A stretch of 64,000 nucleotides of DNA. Source: Candidatus Poribacteria bacterium (GTDB lineage: Bacteria > Poribacteria > WGA-4E > PCPOR2b). Position 1 is the first letter of the stretch. Every line of letters begins with the position of its first letter. A program made the translations under genes and the position numbers. Below the pieces are notes generated by a model. It had not been told where the DNA came from. It did no database searches and worked only from the letters and a program-made list of their open reading frames with translations. Positions 40,429-51,128 of this stretch are shown here, piece after piece. The stretch is taken from positions 1,344,001-1,408,000 of the forward strand of contig OZ244042.1 in assembly GCA_965215015.1 (NCBI GenBank), written 5' to 3'.

Positions 40429-41646
40429 ATGCTTATACTCTGTGCCAATGTTGGCAGCACTTCATTCAAATACCAAATTATTGATGTCGAAACATCAGTG
40501 TCGTTGGTCAAAGGCGGCGTCGAGCGGGTCGGCAATTCGCCATCACCGTTCACGCACGCTGTCCCCGGTAAACCGACGGTGAGCGGAGAAATCAACGCAC
40601 TAGACCATAACGCTGCAATTGTGCACGCGATAAGTCTGATCACATCTCCAGAAACAGGAGTGATGGCGAATCTCAGCAATCTCGTGGGCATAGGCTTTAA
40701 GACCATTCTTGCCAGAGGGATTTGGCGTTCTGCAATGATAACAAACGAAGTGATTAACGCTCTTGAAGCCGACATCCCATTCGCCCCTACCCATAATCCT
40801 GCTTATATCGCCTCGATTCGTGCGTTTCAGGAACGACTCCCGGACACACCATTGGTCGCCGTTTTTGAGACATGGTTCCACCAAACGATGCCGGACTACG
40901 CCTCCGAATTTGGCGTCCCCCGGGAGTGGGTTGAAAAGTATCACCTCCGCCGTTACGGCTTTCATGGTGCATCACACCGTTACATCTCAGAGCGTGTCCC
41001 TCAATTGCTCGGAGATTCACCTGCGAATTTGCGGATTATCTCTTGTCATCTCGGTGGGAGCTCATCGTTGTGCGCTATTCGCGACGGTCAATCAATTGAT
41101 ACGACAATGGGAGTGTCGCCGCAATATGGTCCCATCCAGTCATCTCGAAACGGTGATCTGGATCCGTTTGCGATACTTTACCTGATGGATGCGGAGGGAT
41201 GGGATACAACCGAAATTCGCCGCCAACTGATCGAGGAATCGGGGATGCGAGGGATCTCAGGCGTCAGCGGCGATTTGCGAGATGTCGAAGCGGCGGCAAT
41301 GGAAGGCAATGATAATGCGCGGCTGGCGATGGACACCTTTTTCTATCAAGTCAAGAAGTATATCGGTGCTTACATTGTCGCGCTTAGTGGAGTAGATGTG
41401 ATCACGTTCACCGGTGGGATTGGCGAAAAGAGTTCAACTGCGCGTGCGGCAATCTGCGACGGATTGGAATGGCAGGGTATCCTGTTAGACCGACAAAGGA
41501 ACGAAAGTCAAGTCGATGAAGGCGAAATCTCCGCCACTGATAGCCGAGCGAAGATTCTCATTGTGCCAGCAAATGAGGAGATTATCGTCGCACGGGAAAC
41601 GGCAAACGTCATCACACAGCACTGCACCACCCAAGTGAGTAGATAG
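40429..41646 (+). CDS. ackA: Acetate/propionate kinase
   Basis: NVGSTSFKY, RRYGFHGASH, CHLGGSSS, FTGGIGE, NEE. Confidence 0.92.
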   Translation: MLILCANVGSTSFKYQIIDVETSVSLVKGGVERVGNSPSPFTHAVPGKPTVSGEINALDHNAAIVHAISLITSPETGVMANLSNLVGIGFKTILARGIWRSAMITNEVINALEADIPFAPTHNPAYIASIRAFQERLPDTPLVAVFETWFHQTMPDYASEFGVPREWVEKYHLRRYGFHGASHRYISERVPQLLGDSPANLRIISCHLGGSSSLCAIRDGQSIDTTMGVSPQYGPIQSSRNGDLDPFAILYLMDAEGWDTTEIRRQLIEESGMRGISGVSGDLRDVEAAAMEGNDNARLAMDTFFYQVKKYIGAYIVALSGVDVITFTGGIGEKSSTARAAICDGLEWQGILLDRQRNESQVDEGEISATDSRAKILIVPANEEIIVARETANVITQHCTTQVSR

Positions 41647-41664
41647 GCAACGCTTGCCTATTTT

Positions 41665-42531
41665 CTAGGGACCATCGTCAAAAAGATAGGTTAAAAGCCG
41701 ATCTCCATCCTGAAAATCAGGAATCAAAATATCCGCACCAGCACGCAGCAGCCGACCCCGTTTGTCAGCGTTCATCTGGTAACGGTTGTTTTCTACAGAG
41801 GTCACGCCCACAGCAATTGCGCCGACAGCCTTCGCATTTTCGATTTCCACCGAACCATCACCGACGACCAGAAGCTCGCTCCCCGTCAGGTTGAAGTCAT
41901 CGAAGATCTGTTGAATCACCATTGCCTTTGAGAAGTTTTGATACTCCCGCAATGCTCCAAAGATACCGCCATCAAAGTAGAGAGCAACACCCAGCAGTCC
42001 TGCTTCATGTCGAACAAATTCAACATCGGTACCACTAGCAAGGTAGCACTTCACACCGCGTTTTTGCAAAGAATGTAAGAACTCAAGCGACATCGGTACA
42101 CGCAGATCCGCAGCTTCAATTTCTCCGCTTTCCAGCTTGGCGATGCGTCCCTCCACGGTTGGCAAGAGCAGACTGTTGTACAGATCTTTGTATTCCAACG
42201 GTTGCTTCGGGAGTCCACCCCGCTTCTCAATCTCTTCGCACAGCTGAATCATTTGATAAATGGTCTGCTTGCCGGTCAGTTTATCCACAAATTCAACAAC
42301 AATCCGCTCTAATTCCTCCGGCGTTTCATCTGTCTGTGTCTCCTTGAGCAGGATGTCTACCATCATCGGCACCATGACAGTCTGCCAACCGTCACGAACT
42401 AGCGAAATCGTTCCATCGAAATCAAACAGAGCGTGCTGGACCTTTGCCCGCTCAATTTCATGGATAATCTCAATTGATGTGTTCTCTAAGGTCTGTGGTC
42501 TTGCCACGATTTGGAAACTCCCGATTTGCAA
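41665..42531 (-). CDS. HAD-family hydrolase
   Basis: FDFDGT, LASGT, VGDG. Confidence 0.85.
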   Translation of the reverse strand: MQIGSFQIVARPQTLENTSIEIIHEIERAKVQHALFDFDGTISLVRDGWQTVMVPMMVDILLKETQTDETPEELERIVVEFVDKLTGKQTIYQMIQLCEEIEKRGGLPKQPLEYKDLYNSLLLPTVEGRIAKLESGEIEAADLRVPMSLEFLHSLQKRGVKCYLASGTDVEFVRHEAGLLGVALYFDGGIFGALREYQNFSKAMVIQQIFDDFNLTGSELLVVGDGSVEIENAKAVGAIAVGVTSVENNRYQMNADKRGRLLRAGADILIPDFQDGDRLLTYLFDDGP

Positions 42532-42546
42532 CGATATAAGCGTTTA

Positions 42547-44178
42547 TCAAGCAAGGTCTTGTGCCCAATAATACTGTCCATACAGATGAATCAGATTTTT
42601 CGGATTGTCAGCTAGCATCTCACCGAAGGTTATCTCTTGAATCTCTCGCTTCGGTCCGGGGGCATCGTCTCGATACGCAGAGCGTCGTGCCTGTCCCTCA
42701 GTGGGGTAGGCGATCCATTGACCCTGATCATCTCGGAAGGCGTACACCGTCCCTCTCGTCGGCGTGTGAACCTCAACGTTCGCATCTTGAAAGGGGCGAA
42801 TGCGCGTTTCAGGGGCACCGTGATTTTCTAGGAACTGAATCCAAGCCCCGCGCATCCGTTCAGCCACATCGGGATGGGCATCTGCAACGTTATGTATCTG
42901 GGCGGGGTCAGTTTTCAGGTTATAAAGTTCGGAAGGCATTCCCTGCGGTGCACACAGGTAAGCCCATTCATTGTCAGTGATAGTGCTAGGTTCAACGTTT
43001 CGGTCGGATCCCACCCAACCGTCGAAAGTGGCACCTTCCACCGGTGTATAGCCGGTCGTCCCTGCGCTGGGCGGGAATCGACTTGAGAAAGCATAATCGT
43101 GTATCTTCGCCTCGTCTCCTGTCATCAAGGGCAGGAAGGAACTCCCTTGGATATGAGAGGGAATTGATAGCCCAAGGAAATCCAAGATTGAAGGCAAGAT
43201 GTCAGGCGGTTGGACAATACCGTGAACCCGATCGCCTGCCCCCAACCCTTCGGGGTGATGGACTAAGAGGGGAATTCGGACAGTGATTTCGTAGAGCTTG
43301 CCGAGCTCCGCCCCCGGTTTGCCTTGTAAGTCATGGTCTCCGAACAGATGTCCGTGGTCGGAAGCCCAGATGATGAGCGTATTTTTGAAGAGCCCTAGCC
43401 GTTCTGCTAAATCCAGAAACGCGCCCACCCACCGATCCGTCAGCGTAACGTTACCGGCATAGAGTGCGCGAAGATGCGCCGACTCCGCTTCAGTCATATA
43501 TGTTGGGCGACCATATTCCGGATACAACATCTGATCGCCATCGTAATCGGGGTCAGCGTATAGCGCGTAGTCGTACCAAGGACAGTCGAAAGGTTCATGG
43601 GGGTCCCACATATCGATATAGAGGAAAAACGACTCTTGATTATAGTTGGTCTCCAACCAATCGATCGCCTCCGACATCCCCCTTCCAATGCAGAATTCGC
43701 GATCAAACTGGCGGGCGGCGTGGTTGCGGAGGTAGCCCTGTAGGCTGGGAATGTTGCGGATTTTATGGGGCTGTGCTGGCAGCCGAATGTCGAGAGTGGG
43801 GTCGGTTATCCACGGATCGCCTTTCTGGCTATGCACAAAGCCGAGTCCGCTAAAGCCGCGTGTATAGTTATAATCGTGCATCGCGAGCATTGGAGTATCC
43901 CAGATTATTTGGGTATGCACACCCTTCGCAGACAGAATTTGCCCCCAAGTCACATCTTCAGGATTCAAGGGCTGCCATCCACGAAAAGGGAAACCGAAAC
44001 GTCCGGTCGCCAAGTCCCACCGGTTGGGCACCGTTGGATAGGAAGCTGCGTAGAACTGCTCAAACAGAGCTGCGTGTTGGGCAAATCCATCTAGATTGGG
44101 CGTCTGAATCCAAGAGTTGCCGTAGCACCCCAAGTGGTCCCTGCGAAAGGTATCGTTCATAATAAAGATGACGTTCAT
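42547..44178 (-). CDS. Sulfatase-like hydrolase with Thr at the catalytic position
   Basis: DTFRRDHLG, TPNLD, PTVPNR, WDPHEP, SDHG, ELYNL. Confidence 0.85.
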   Translation of the reverse strand: MNVIFIMNDTFRRDHLGCYGNSWIQTPNLDGFAQHAALFEQFYAASYPTVPNRWDLATGRFGFPFRGWQPLNPEDVTWGQILSAKGVHTQIIWDTPMLAMHDYNYTRGFSGLGFVHSQKGDPWITDPTLDIRLPAQPHKIRNIPSLQGYLRNHAARQFDREFCIGRGMSEAIDWLETNYNQESFFLYIDMWDPHEPFDCPWYDYALYADPDYDGDQMLYPEYGRPTYMTEAESAHLRALYAGNVTLTDRWVGAFLDLAERLGLFKNTLIIWASDHGHLFGDHDLQGKPGAELGKLYEITVRIPLLVHHPEGLGAGDRVHGIVQPPDILPSILDFLGLSIPSHIQGSSFLPLMTGDEAKIHDYAFSSRFPPSAGTTGYTPVEGATFDGWVGSDRNVEPSTITDNEWAYLCAPQGMPSELYNLKTDPAQIHNVADAHPDVAERMRGAWIQFLENHGAPETRIRPFQDANVEVHTPTRGTVYAFRDDQGQWIAYPTEGQARRSAYRDDAPGPKREIQEITFGEMLADNPKNLIHLYGQYYWAQDLA

Positions 44179-44245
44179 CGATGTGCACACTCCTTTTTAT
44201 TTACCTTCTGAGCTGGGCATCACTTCCACGAGAGACAGCTTACCA

Positions 44246-44779
44246 CTATGAAGGCTTCGTCAGCACGGCAGTAATCTTTTCAACGATATCATCCGCACGA
44301 CTGCGAATTTGATCGGGCGTGAGACTCTGGATTGGGTGTTCAACGGTAGTCGGATGGAAATCGCGATAGCCGAGCGATTTCGCTTGAACTTCTCCGGCAG
44401 CGAAAAATACATCCGAGCAGATCGATACGCTAGGGATACCCCGTTCTTCTAAAGCGGTTCCGTCGTGCACACTGCACGATATACAGGAACCTCAGTCCGC
44501 AAGCCCTTCAACCACGAAGTCGCACTGATCGGCGAGTTCCGTGATGAGCTCCTGCGGTGCGGGGCGGGCAAAGGTTGGTTTTGTTACACGAACAACACCG
44601 CCAAGGTCAAAATGCTCACGCATGAGTTCTTCGACACGGTCAAGAAAGATGTCGCTACCATTTTTACTGATGTTCAGCAAGCCCATCACCTTGCCGTCGA
44701 GGCTGTCAAGGCGTGGCGCGAGAAATTTATCGGATACGTTGTTTGGAGCGATTGGATCGAGTAAAATTGTGTTTGCCAT
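44246..44779 (-). CDS. UGSC-motif selenoprotein (in-frame TGA read as Sec), 177 aa
   Basis: The two ORF-track fragments are in frame: ...EGLAD-TGA-GSCISCSVHDG... A hairpin follows the TGA directly. Confidence 0.88.
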
Positions 44780-45002
44780 TGTAAACCTCCTGTGGATTCA
44801 AAAAAAACTATTAGATAGGATAGCATTGCCGGCGGCTTCTGTCAATATCTATTTCTATTGAATTTCTTTAGTGGTGTGATATAATGACCTGCTGAACTCT
44901 ATACCTATTGCTGCGTCGGGGTTTTGGGCGGCAACGTGAGTTATAATATGCGAAGTGCAAGATGTGAACCTAACAACGATTTCAGATTTCCTTTTTGTAG
45001 AA

Positions 45003-45746
45003 ATGATCACAACAACAGATTTGACCAAACGTTTCGGCAAACTCGCCGCCGTGGATGGCCTGACTATGCAGGTCGAAGCGGGTGAACTGTTCGGCTTCTT
45101 GGGTCCTAACGGTGCCGGAAAGACCACGACCATCAACATGCTGACCGGCTTGATTCGTCCCACCTCCGGCACAGCGACGATTTGCGGCTATGATATCCGG
45201 GCGCGGGCTTCGCAGGTGAAGACAATAACGGGACTAATGCCTGATACACCACACCTCTATGAAACATTGACGGGGAGGCAGTTTGTCCGCTTCATCGCAG
45301 ATCTCTATGAAATTGACCCTAAACAGTCAGAGCAGCGGATGGAACAACTGTTGGAGACGTTTGACCTAACTGACACCGCAGACGCATTGATTAAAAGTTA
45401 CTCCTACGGTATGCAGAAAAAGATTCTCTTGATAGCGGTGTTGGTACATGAACCGCGCGTCCTCTTTCTTGATGAACCGACGAGTGGTCTTGACCCTAAA
45501 AGTGCTCGTACTGCAAAGGAGCTTTTGCGCGCCTGCTGCGACCGGGGGTGCACAGTATTTATGACCACGCATATCCTTGAAATTGCAGAGCGTGAGTGTG
45601 ATCGCATCGGGATCATTAACGAAGGGAAACTCGTTGCAGTGGGAACGATGGATGAGTTGCGTCAGAGCCGCACGGTGACCGATCTGAGCTTGGAGGAGAT
45701 CTTTCTAGAATTAACAACGGAAAACAGTGAGGGCGAGATTATCTGA
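45003..45746 (+). CDS. ABC transporter ATP-binding protein
   Basis: GPNGAGKT, YSYGMQ, FLDEPTSG, TTH. Confidence 0.93.
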   Translation: MITTTDLTKRFGKLAAVDGLTMQVEAGELFGFLGPNGAGKTTTINMLTGLIRPTSGTATICGYDIRARASQVKTITGLMPDTPHLYETLTGRQFVRFIADLYEIDPKQSEQRMEQLLETFDLTDTADALIKSYSYGMQKKILLIAVLVHEPRVLFLDEPTSGLDPKSARTAKELLRACCDRGCTVFMTTHILEIAERECDRIGIINEGKLVAVGTMDELRQSRTVTDLSLEEIFLELTTENSEGEII

Positions 45747-45754
45747 TGGGGTGT

Positions 45755-46071
45755 TCAAAAAATACATCGGTTCAGCAGTTCATTAATGATGGGACCGTGA
45801 ACGATGGAGACGCCCGAAAGCGTCCCCATCTCTGACTCTAATTCAGTTTGGGGAGCTTCTACCCGCTCACTAAGTCCATCTAAATTCAATTCCAATCGTG
45901 TTTCGCTTCGGGGTTGATTTGGTGCGACAGTTAAGGGTTCTGGTATGTCAACTGTATCTACGTTGCCATAGTCATAGTCGCTGCCAACGTAAGTTACTAT
46001 CACTATCAGCAAGGCCAATACAAACGCTCCTATGATTATAGGTTCACGTATTAAATCGAACAAAGTTCTCA
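45755..46071 (-). pseudogene. Truncated paralog of the 52679-53419 membrane-anchored protein
   Basis: TM segment followed by YVGSDYDYGNVDTVD, similar to YFGGHWYYGDVEPVE. Confidence 0.5.
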
Positions 46072-46417
46072 TTGGGGTCTTCCCGCCCTTCCACACTCCG
46101 ACGCTGGGGTGCGACAGTCATCATCGAACGATGAAGTCGTCTCCCGCCACAGACAGAAGAATTGCTATTAGTATACCAGCCCTGCAAAAGCGTATCGCTT
46201 AGATAATTACTATTTTTTCTGCCCAGTAGGTTATTGACATATTGTTTACGTATTGAGACTGGCAGCCCCCGCATGGATACCGGATCCATTAGCGATGAAT
46301 TTTGCATACGCTGGAGGGACCGCCTCCCCACTTCCCCCGTTCTTCATCTGATGCTACGAGGGGAGGTCCATCACTTCTTTTGCTTCCTAATTTGAAACTC
46401 TCCAATGAACCAACGAA

Positions 46418-47029
46418 CTAATTCAGGGGGGAAATATGGGAATCTGTCAAGCGATGTGCTTTTCGCACCAGATCTGGATTAATAGAAAACCTTTTGGCGG
46501 CATCAATCAGATGATTCACGTGGTCGTGCATATCCTGTTCCATCTGGGAAATACGGGTCAACAGATACAGTCGATCGCTCTGATAAATAGCATCTTTGAT
46601 GGTCGAAACTAACTCTGTATAGATTGCGTCTGACTCACCGGTCTCAAGCGCAATGGCAATCTCAAACGCCTCACTGAGTGTGACCCGCTCTGCACGCACA
46701 CGCTCCTCATATTCATCTAATGTTTCGTTAATTCGCTCAATAGATACGTCGGCAAATTGAGGGGCGGGCGCGTCTAGCCCAAAAGCCTGGGCACAGAGTG
46801 AGCGTCCAAAGCCAACAAGGAGATGGTGTTGCCATTCCTCTGCGCTCATCTCCTGCCAAAATCGAGCAATTCGTTCATCGACATCCCCCAATCGGATAGA
46901 TAGTGTAGCGTATAGCTTTGCATGTCTCAATTCAATCTCTTGGCATAAATCAAAGGTTTCTGCTAAAGTCACAGCTAATTCACCTCCTCTCAATACCGAA
47001 CCGTGGATAGATTCGTTGTCGATTCTCAT
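46418..47029 (-). CDS. Ferritin/rubrerythrin-like four-helix protein
   Basis: EIELRHAKLY, EEWQH, AIALE, EQDMHDH. Confidence 0.6.
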   Translation of the reverse strand: MRIDNESIHGSVLRGGELAVTLAETFDLCQEIELRHAKLYATLSIRLGDVDERIARFWQEMSAEEWQHHLLVGFGRSLCAQAFGLDAPAPQFADVSIERINETLDEYEERVRAERVTLSEAFEIAIALETGESDAIYTELVSTIKDAIYQSDRLYLLTRISQMEQDMHDHVNHLIDAAKRFSINPDLVRKAHRLTDSHISPLN

Positions 47030-47039
47030 TCATGGGATT

Positions 47040-49043
47040 TCACCCTGTCGCATCCTTTTTGAGAACCAACTCGTGTTGCAGGGGGTAGGTCATGTGAAGC
47101 GATGGTGAGTATTCACCAAACCGCAGCTCCAACGCTTCCAAACTTTCTAGTGACCCAACAACCGTCACCCAATCACCAATTTGTAGATCGGTGTAACCGT
47201 GTGTAATTATAATATGCCCAGCGCGGCGAACCGATAGAATTAATGCGTCCGATGGCAGGCGCAAATCTCGCACCGTCATACCTGCCAGATTCGGATTACG
47301 GACCTCCAAATCGATAATATCGTGGTTCTCCTCCATCCCAAGTAATAGTGATACCGATGATGGGGCTCGCACAAAATGATCCAGTAAACTAATGATTGCA
47401 GTAGAAGGTCTGACAGTAAAGGCACCCAGCTCACGGAAATGGTCATAATTGGCTAAATCGTTTAATCGCACAACAAGGTTGTCCGTTTCAAAATGCTCAT
47501 GGACAAGCTCACAGATACGGTAATTTTCTTCGTCAGAGAGCATGGCGACAACGGCACCGGCTTCTCTTACACCAAATGCTTGTAATTCGTCCAATGAAAA
47601 ACCGGGCATCGGCTGGACATCAAAGTACAAACTTGCTACATTTTTCATCTCTCCCGTTTGCCTGTGTGCGACCTTCACCTCCCAGTCATGCGCGCGCAAC
47701 TGCCGAGCGAGTGCTAGCGATTGACTGTCCGAACCAAAAATGATGGCACTGTGTATCTGGTCCGGATCGGATTTCTTCGCATGAGGACGCGCCTCTCTTA
47801 CCCAAACCAGGGCCCACTTACAAAAGGCAGGTCCGATAACCTGATTCACCATGATGATGGAAATCATCAATGTGGCGAAAGCCGGGCCCCATGAAGGAAA
47901 CACTCCTCCGACCTCTTTAGCGAGTCCCAATCCAACGCCTGCCTGCGTGATATAAGCCATCCAACTGACTCTATTGTACGTCATCGGTTCTCCAGCTAGT
48001 ACGCCGCCGGCAAACGAACCGATGAATATTCCCACTAAACGAACCGCAACCAACAGTAAGGTCATTGGCCAAATATCTGCCAAAATATCCAAAGTGAGCG
48101 AAGCACCGGTCAGTGTGAAAAAGGCAATATAAATCAGCGGGCCAACCTCGTGGAGCGTTTTCAAGAACTCATCGCGAGCGTCGGTTCTGTTAATCAGCCA
48201 GAAACTCCCAATCATACAAACGAGCAGAGGTTCAACAAATACTTCAAAAGGCAATCTGTCATGGGTGAAATGGCGAATCCCGGTAAATACGGCAAAAACG
48301 GCATAGCCTGTCAGTAAAATCCCTACTATCTTGGCGATGTGATTGATTCGGCTTGAAAGAATCTGTTGTAAGATTCTTCCAACGACATATCCCCCTGCCA
48401 ATGCCGCCATCAACTCGACAAAGAGCAAAATGACAAAGGTCAGATTAAACCGGAGACCGGTTAAGAGGGCATCCGCGATCGAGGAATTAACCGAGAACAG
48501 GATGATGACAAGGACATCCGTAACGACAGTAACGCCCATAGCCGTTTGCGTAAATGGGCCCTTGGCACGGAGTTCCTTTATAATCGCAACGGCGGAGGAG
48601 GGAGATCGTGCGACTAAAATCGCACCGGCAAGAATAGCAATGGCAACTCGGCTGGCAACTGGAAATCCCCGCATAAACGGCATAAAATCTGCTAACACAA
48701 AAACGGTCAAGCTGCCTAGAATAAGGGTGCTGACAACAATTCCAATGCTTACCAATTTAATACTCTTAAATCGGCTTCTCAGCTCCTTCAAGTGCAGTTC
48801 ACCTCCAGCGACAAAGGCGATGAATGCCAAGGAGAGCTCATCCACAAAACGTAACCGCTCGGTCGCTTCTACTGAAATGAAGTCGAATATAAAGGGACCT
48901 GCGATGATGCCGGTAAAAAGAAAACCGCTGATCAAGGGGAGTTTAAATCTGGTAAAAAGCTGTCCAATCTGTTTTGAAGCCAACGCAATGAGAGTAAAAC
49001 CGGCAATAAACATGAACAGGTTTTGATAGGCTGCCATAGTCAC
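47040..49043 (-). CDS. Cation:proton antiporter with C-terminal TrkA-N/TrkA-C (RCK) domains
   Basis: About 12 TM segments, LPLISGFLFTG, TQAGVGLGLA, soluble RCK tail. Confidence 0.85.
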   Translation of the reverse strand: MTMAAYQNLFMFIAGFTLIALASKQIGQLFTRFKLPLISGFLFTGIIAGPFIFDFISVEATERLRFVDELSLAFIAFVAGGELHLKELRSRFKSIKLVSIGIVVSTLILGSLTVFVLADFMPFMRGFPVASRVAIAILAGAILVARSPSSAVAIIKELRAKGPFTQTAMGVTVVTDVLVIILFSVNSSIADALLTGLRFNLTFVILLFVELMAALAGGYVVGRILQQILSSRINHIAKIVGILLTGYAVFAVFTGIRHFTHDRLPFEVFVEPLLVCMIGSFWLINRTDARDEFLKTLHEVGPLIYIAFFTLTGASLTLDILADIWPMTLLLVAVRLVGIFIGSFAGGVLAGEPMTYNRVSWMAYITQAGVGLGLAKEVGGVFPSWGPAFATLMISIIMVNQVIGPAFCKWALVWVREARPHAKKSDPDQIHSAIIFGSDSQSLALARQLRAHDWEVKVAHRQTGEMKNVASLYFDVQPMPGFSLDELQAFGVREAGAVVAMLSDEENYRICELVHEHFETDNLVVRLNDLANYDHFRELGAFTVRPSTAIISLLDHFVRAPSSVSLLLGMEENHDIIDLEVRNPNLAGMTVRDLRLPSDALILSVRRAGHIIITHGYTDLQIGDWVTVVGSLESLEALELRFGEYSPSLHMTYPLQHELVLKKDATG

Positions 49044-49281
49044 CTCGTTTCAATGGGATTTAGGACTTACGCAGTTGAAGACTCAAAGTCTCCGTTGAAA
49101 GCGTCTTCGACCTGTAGATTGGTAATTCATCACTACACATGACAACTCTCACTGCCCGATGAATCACGCAACTACAGAACTACAATAGGTGTACTATTAG
49201 GTATCCGTAGGGAACAACTATCAGTGTTCCCTACGGAAGTGCGTAACTCCTAGCGATTAGCTAAAGCATTAACCAGCACCG

Positions 49282-50085
49282 TTAACCCCAATGTCTTGGA
49301 TGATCCCGAAATATGGTCGGAGGCGTATTAGAAATAAAAGAGGGGAGTGCGCTTGGGTGCGGTTCCTTCCACGTCTCCACGTCTTTACCGCCTTGCGTCT
49401 CAGCCTCCTGATTGCGGACAGCAGCGATAATGACTTGTGCGGCCTGTTCGTCGCTCATCGCTCCGGTATTTAACACAAGGTCATAATGCTTTGCATCCGC
49501 CCAATCCGCATCGTAGTAATGTTTGATATATTGGGCGTGTTGCTTGTCAACAGCTTCAATCTCTCTCTCGGCTAAGGGATAAACGATACCTTGATCTTCC
49601 ATGACCCGTTCGATACGGTTTGCAAGAGGGGCAATGAAGCGTACGTGGAGTGTATTGGGTTTGTCGGCGAGAATTATCTGGCTGCCGCGTCCGACAATGA
49701 CGACATTGCCTATCTTCCATAGCTTTTCGATGACATGCTGGAAGGAGCCAAATACCTCCGCCTCAGTTGGAATCAGGTCCGCCTCAAAGGCTGCATCCCT
49801 CTCAACCGGATAGCTATCCATCAGAAATTCAGATGGGTAGTAATAGTAGGGAAAATCGAGGTATCGTGAGAATTCCGGCACAAAGAGTTTCTTCAGGAAA
49901 CCCTTCAGTCCATTCTCACACCTCTCGTCATAGCGGCTAATTTGTTTGGTAGTCGTATTAGTGGCACGGGCCACCTCGGTGAGGATATTTTTATCGAAAT
50001 AGTTATACCCCAGATCCTGGGCAACCTGCCGCGCAATCTGTGTGCCACCGCTATAGTGTTCTCTGGAAACTGTGATGACTGCCAT
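49282..50085 (-). CDS. Cytidylate kinase-like family protein
   Basis: VITVSREHYSGG, VIVGRG, YDLVLNT. Confidence 0.85.
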   Translation of the reverse strand: MAVITVSREHYSGGTQIARQVAQDLGYNYFDKNILTEVARATNTTTKQISRYDERCENGLKGFLKKLFVPEFSRYLDFPYYYYPSEFLMDSYPVERDAAFEADLIPTEAEVFGSFQHVIEKLWKIGNVVIVGRGSQIILADKPNTLHVRFIAPLANRIERVMEDQGIVYPLAEREIEAVDKQHAQYIKHYYDADWADAKHYDLVLNTGAMSDEQAAQVIIAAVRNQEAETQGGKDVETWKEPHPSALPSFISNTPPTIFRDHPRHWG

Positions 50086-50202
50086 GATTGTTTACCTCCG
50101 TCATGATGTTGGGACGCGATAGATGCCGCATCCAGATTGTATTCAGCTTTGTTCCGATTATCTTTGCTTCAAATTCACGATAGACACTGAAGCCCCGCTT
50201 CT

Positions 50203-50418
50203 CTAGGAAATTCCGTCCGATTCATGCCTACTACTGACGAATGGAATCGCTGTATCATCAAAGGTTTCCCACATTGGGGGTTCCATCAACTGATGTGCAA
50301 CATCAACCCCTTCGCGGTACTCCTGAAGGATCTCATAGGTAAGTCGATCTATCGTGTGGTTTAATCCATCCTCAAAACCGTTGAGTTTGAGCCTTAAAGA
50401 CGCTTCGCTCCAGAGCAT
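50203..50418 (-). CDS. Small hypothetical protein
   Basis: SD aaggagg; co-directional within the operon. Confidence 0.5.
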   Translation of the reverse strand: MLWSEASLRLKLNGFEDGLNHTIDRLTYEILQEYREGVDVAHQLMEPPMWETFDDTAIPFVSSRHESDGIS

Positions 50419-50459
50419 ATCGATTTCCTCCTTATTTTAATTGCTGTTTCTCGCTCAGT

Positions 50460-51074
50460 TTATCTTTTTTCCATGAGCGAATCAACGCGTTTGACAAGTT
50501 CTTTGTAATCAAAGGGTTTATCAAGGTAGTCCGCACAGCCGGTACGCATGAGCTCAAGAAACAGGGATCGATCCCCATAGGCGGTGATGACCAGAACAGG
50601 GATTTTTATTTTTAGGTAATTCAATTCATCAATTAGCTGAAGTCCAGTTAAACCCGGTAGCCGAATATCCGTGATGAGCAAATCTACTGGCCGACCATTC
50701 TCTCGTGCCGCCAATATCTCTTCCAAAGCCGCTCGACCCTCCGCTGCGGTTGTAACCTGATAATTCGCTGTTTCCAGAATAAATGCGAGGGTGTTACGCA
50801 TGTTTTGTTCGTCATCAACGACGAGGATATGTTCTTTTGCCATGTTCTCTACATAGACCGTTACAGGCAAAGAACTCGGTTGGACGGTAGGACTGATGTT
50901 GGATTCTACAGGCACACACTTGCGGTGGAGCAGATTGGGATCTGCATCCTCATCGCTGGGTCGCCCGCACGTCCCAAATTGCGCTCCGATCCCCAAGGAC
51001 TCCGCTTCATAAACTTCACCAATTCTCGTGTCAAAAAGTATTTCCTGACCGAGAGTTTGTGTTAAAGTTTTCAT
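50460..51074 (-). CDS. Response regulator receiver protein with N-terminal extension
   Basis: ILVVDDE, DLLITDIRLPG, ITAYG, YLDKPF. Confidence 0.88.
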   Translation of the reverse strand: MKTLTQTLGQEILFDTRIGEVYEAESLGIGAQFGTCGRPSDEDADPNLLHRKCVPVESNISPTVQPSSLPVTVYVENMAKEHILVVDDEQNMRNTLAFILETANYQVTTAAEGRAALEEILAARENGRPVDLLITDIRLPGLTGLQLIDELNYLKIKIPVLVITAYGDRSLFLELMRTGCADYLDKPFDYKELVKRVDSLMEKR

Positions 51075-51128
51075 AATTCTCCCTGTGTTGTCTGATGGTT
51101 CCTATTTAAAAAAACATTAAATTCACGT

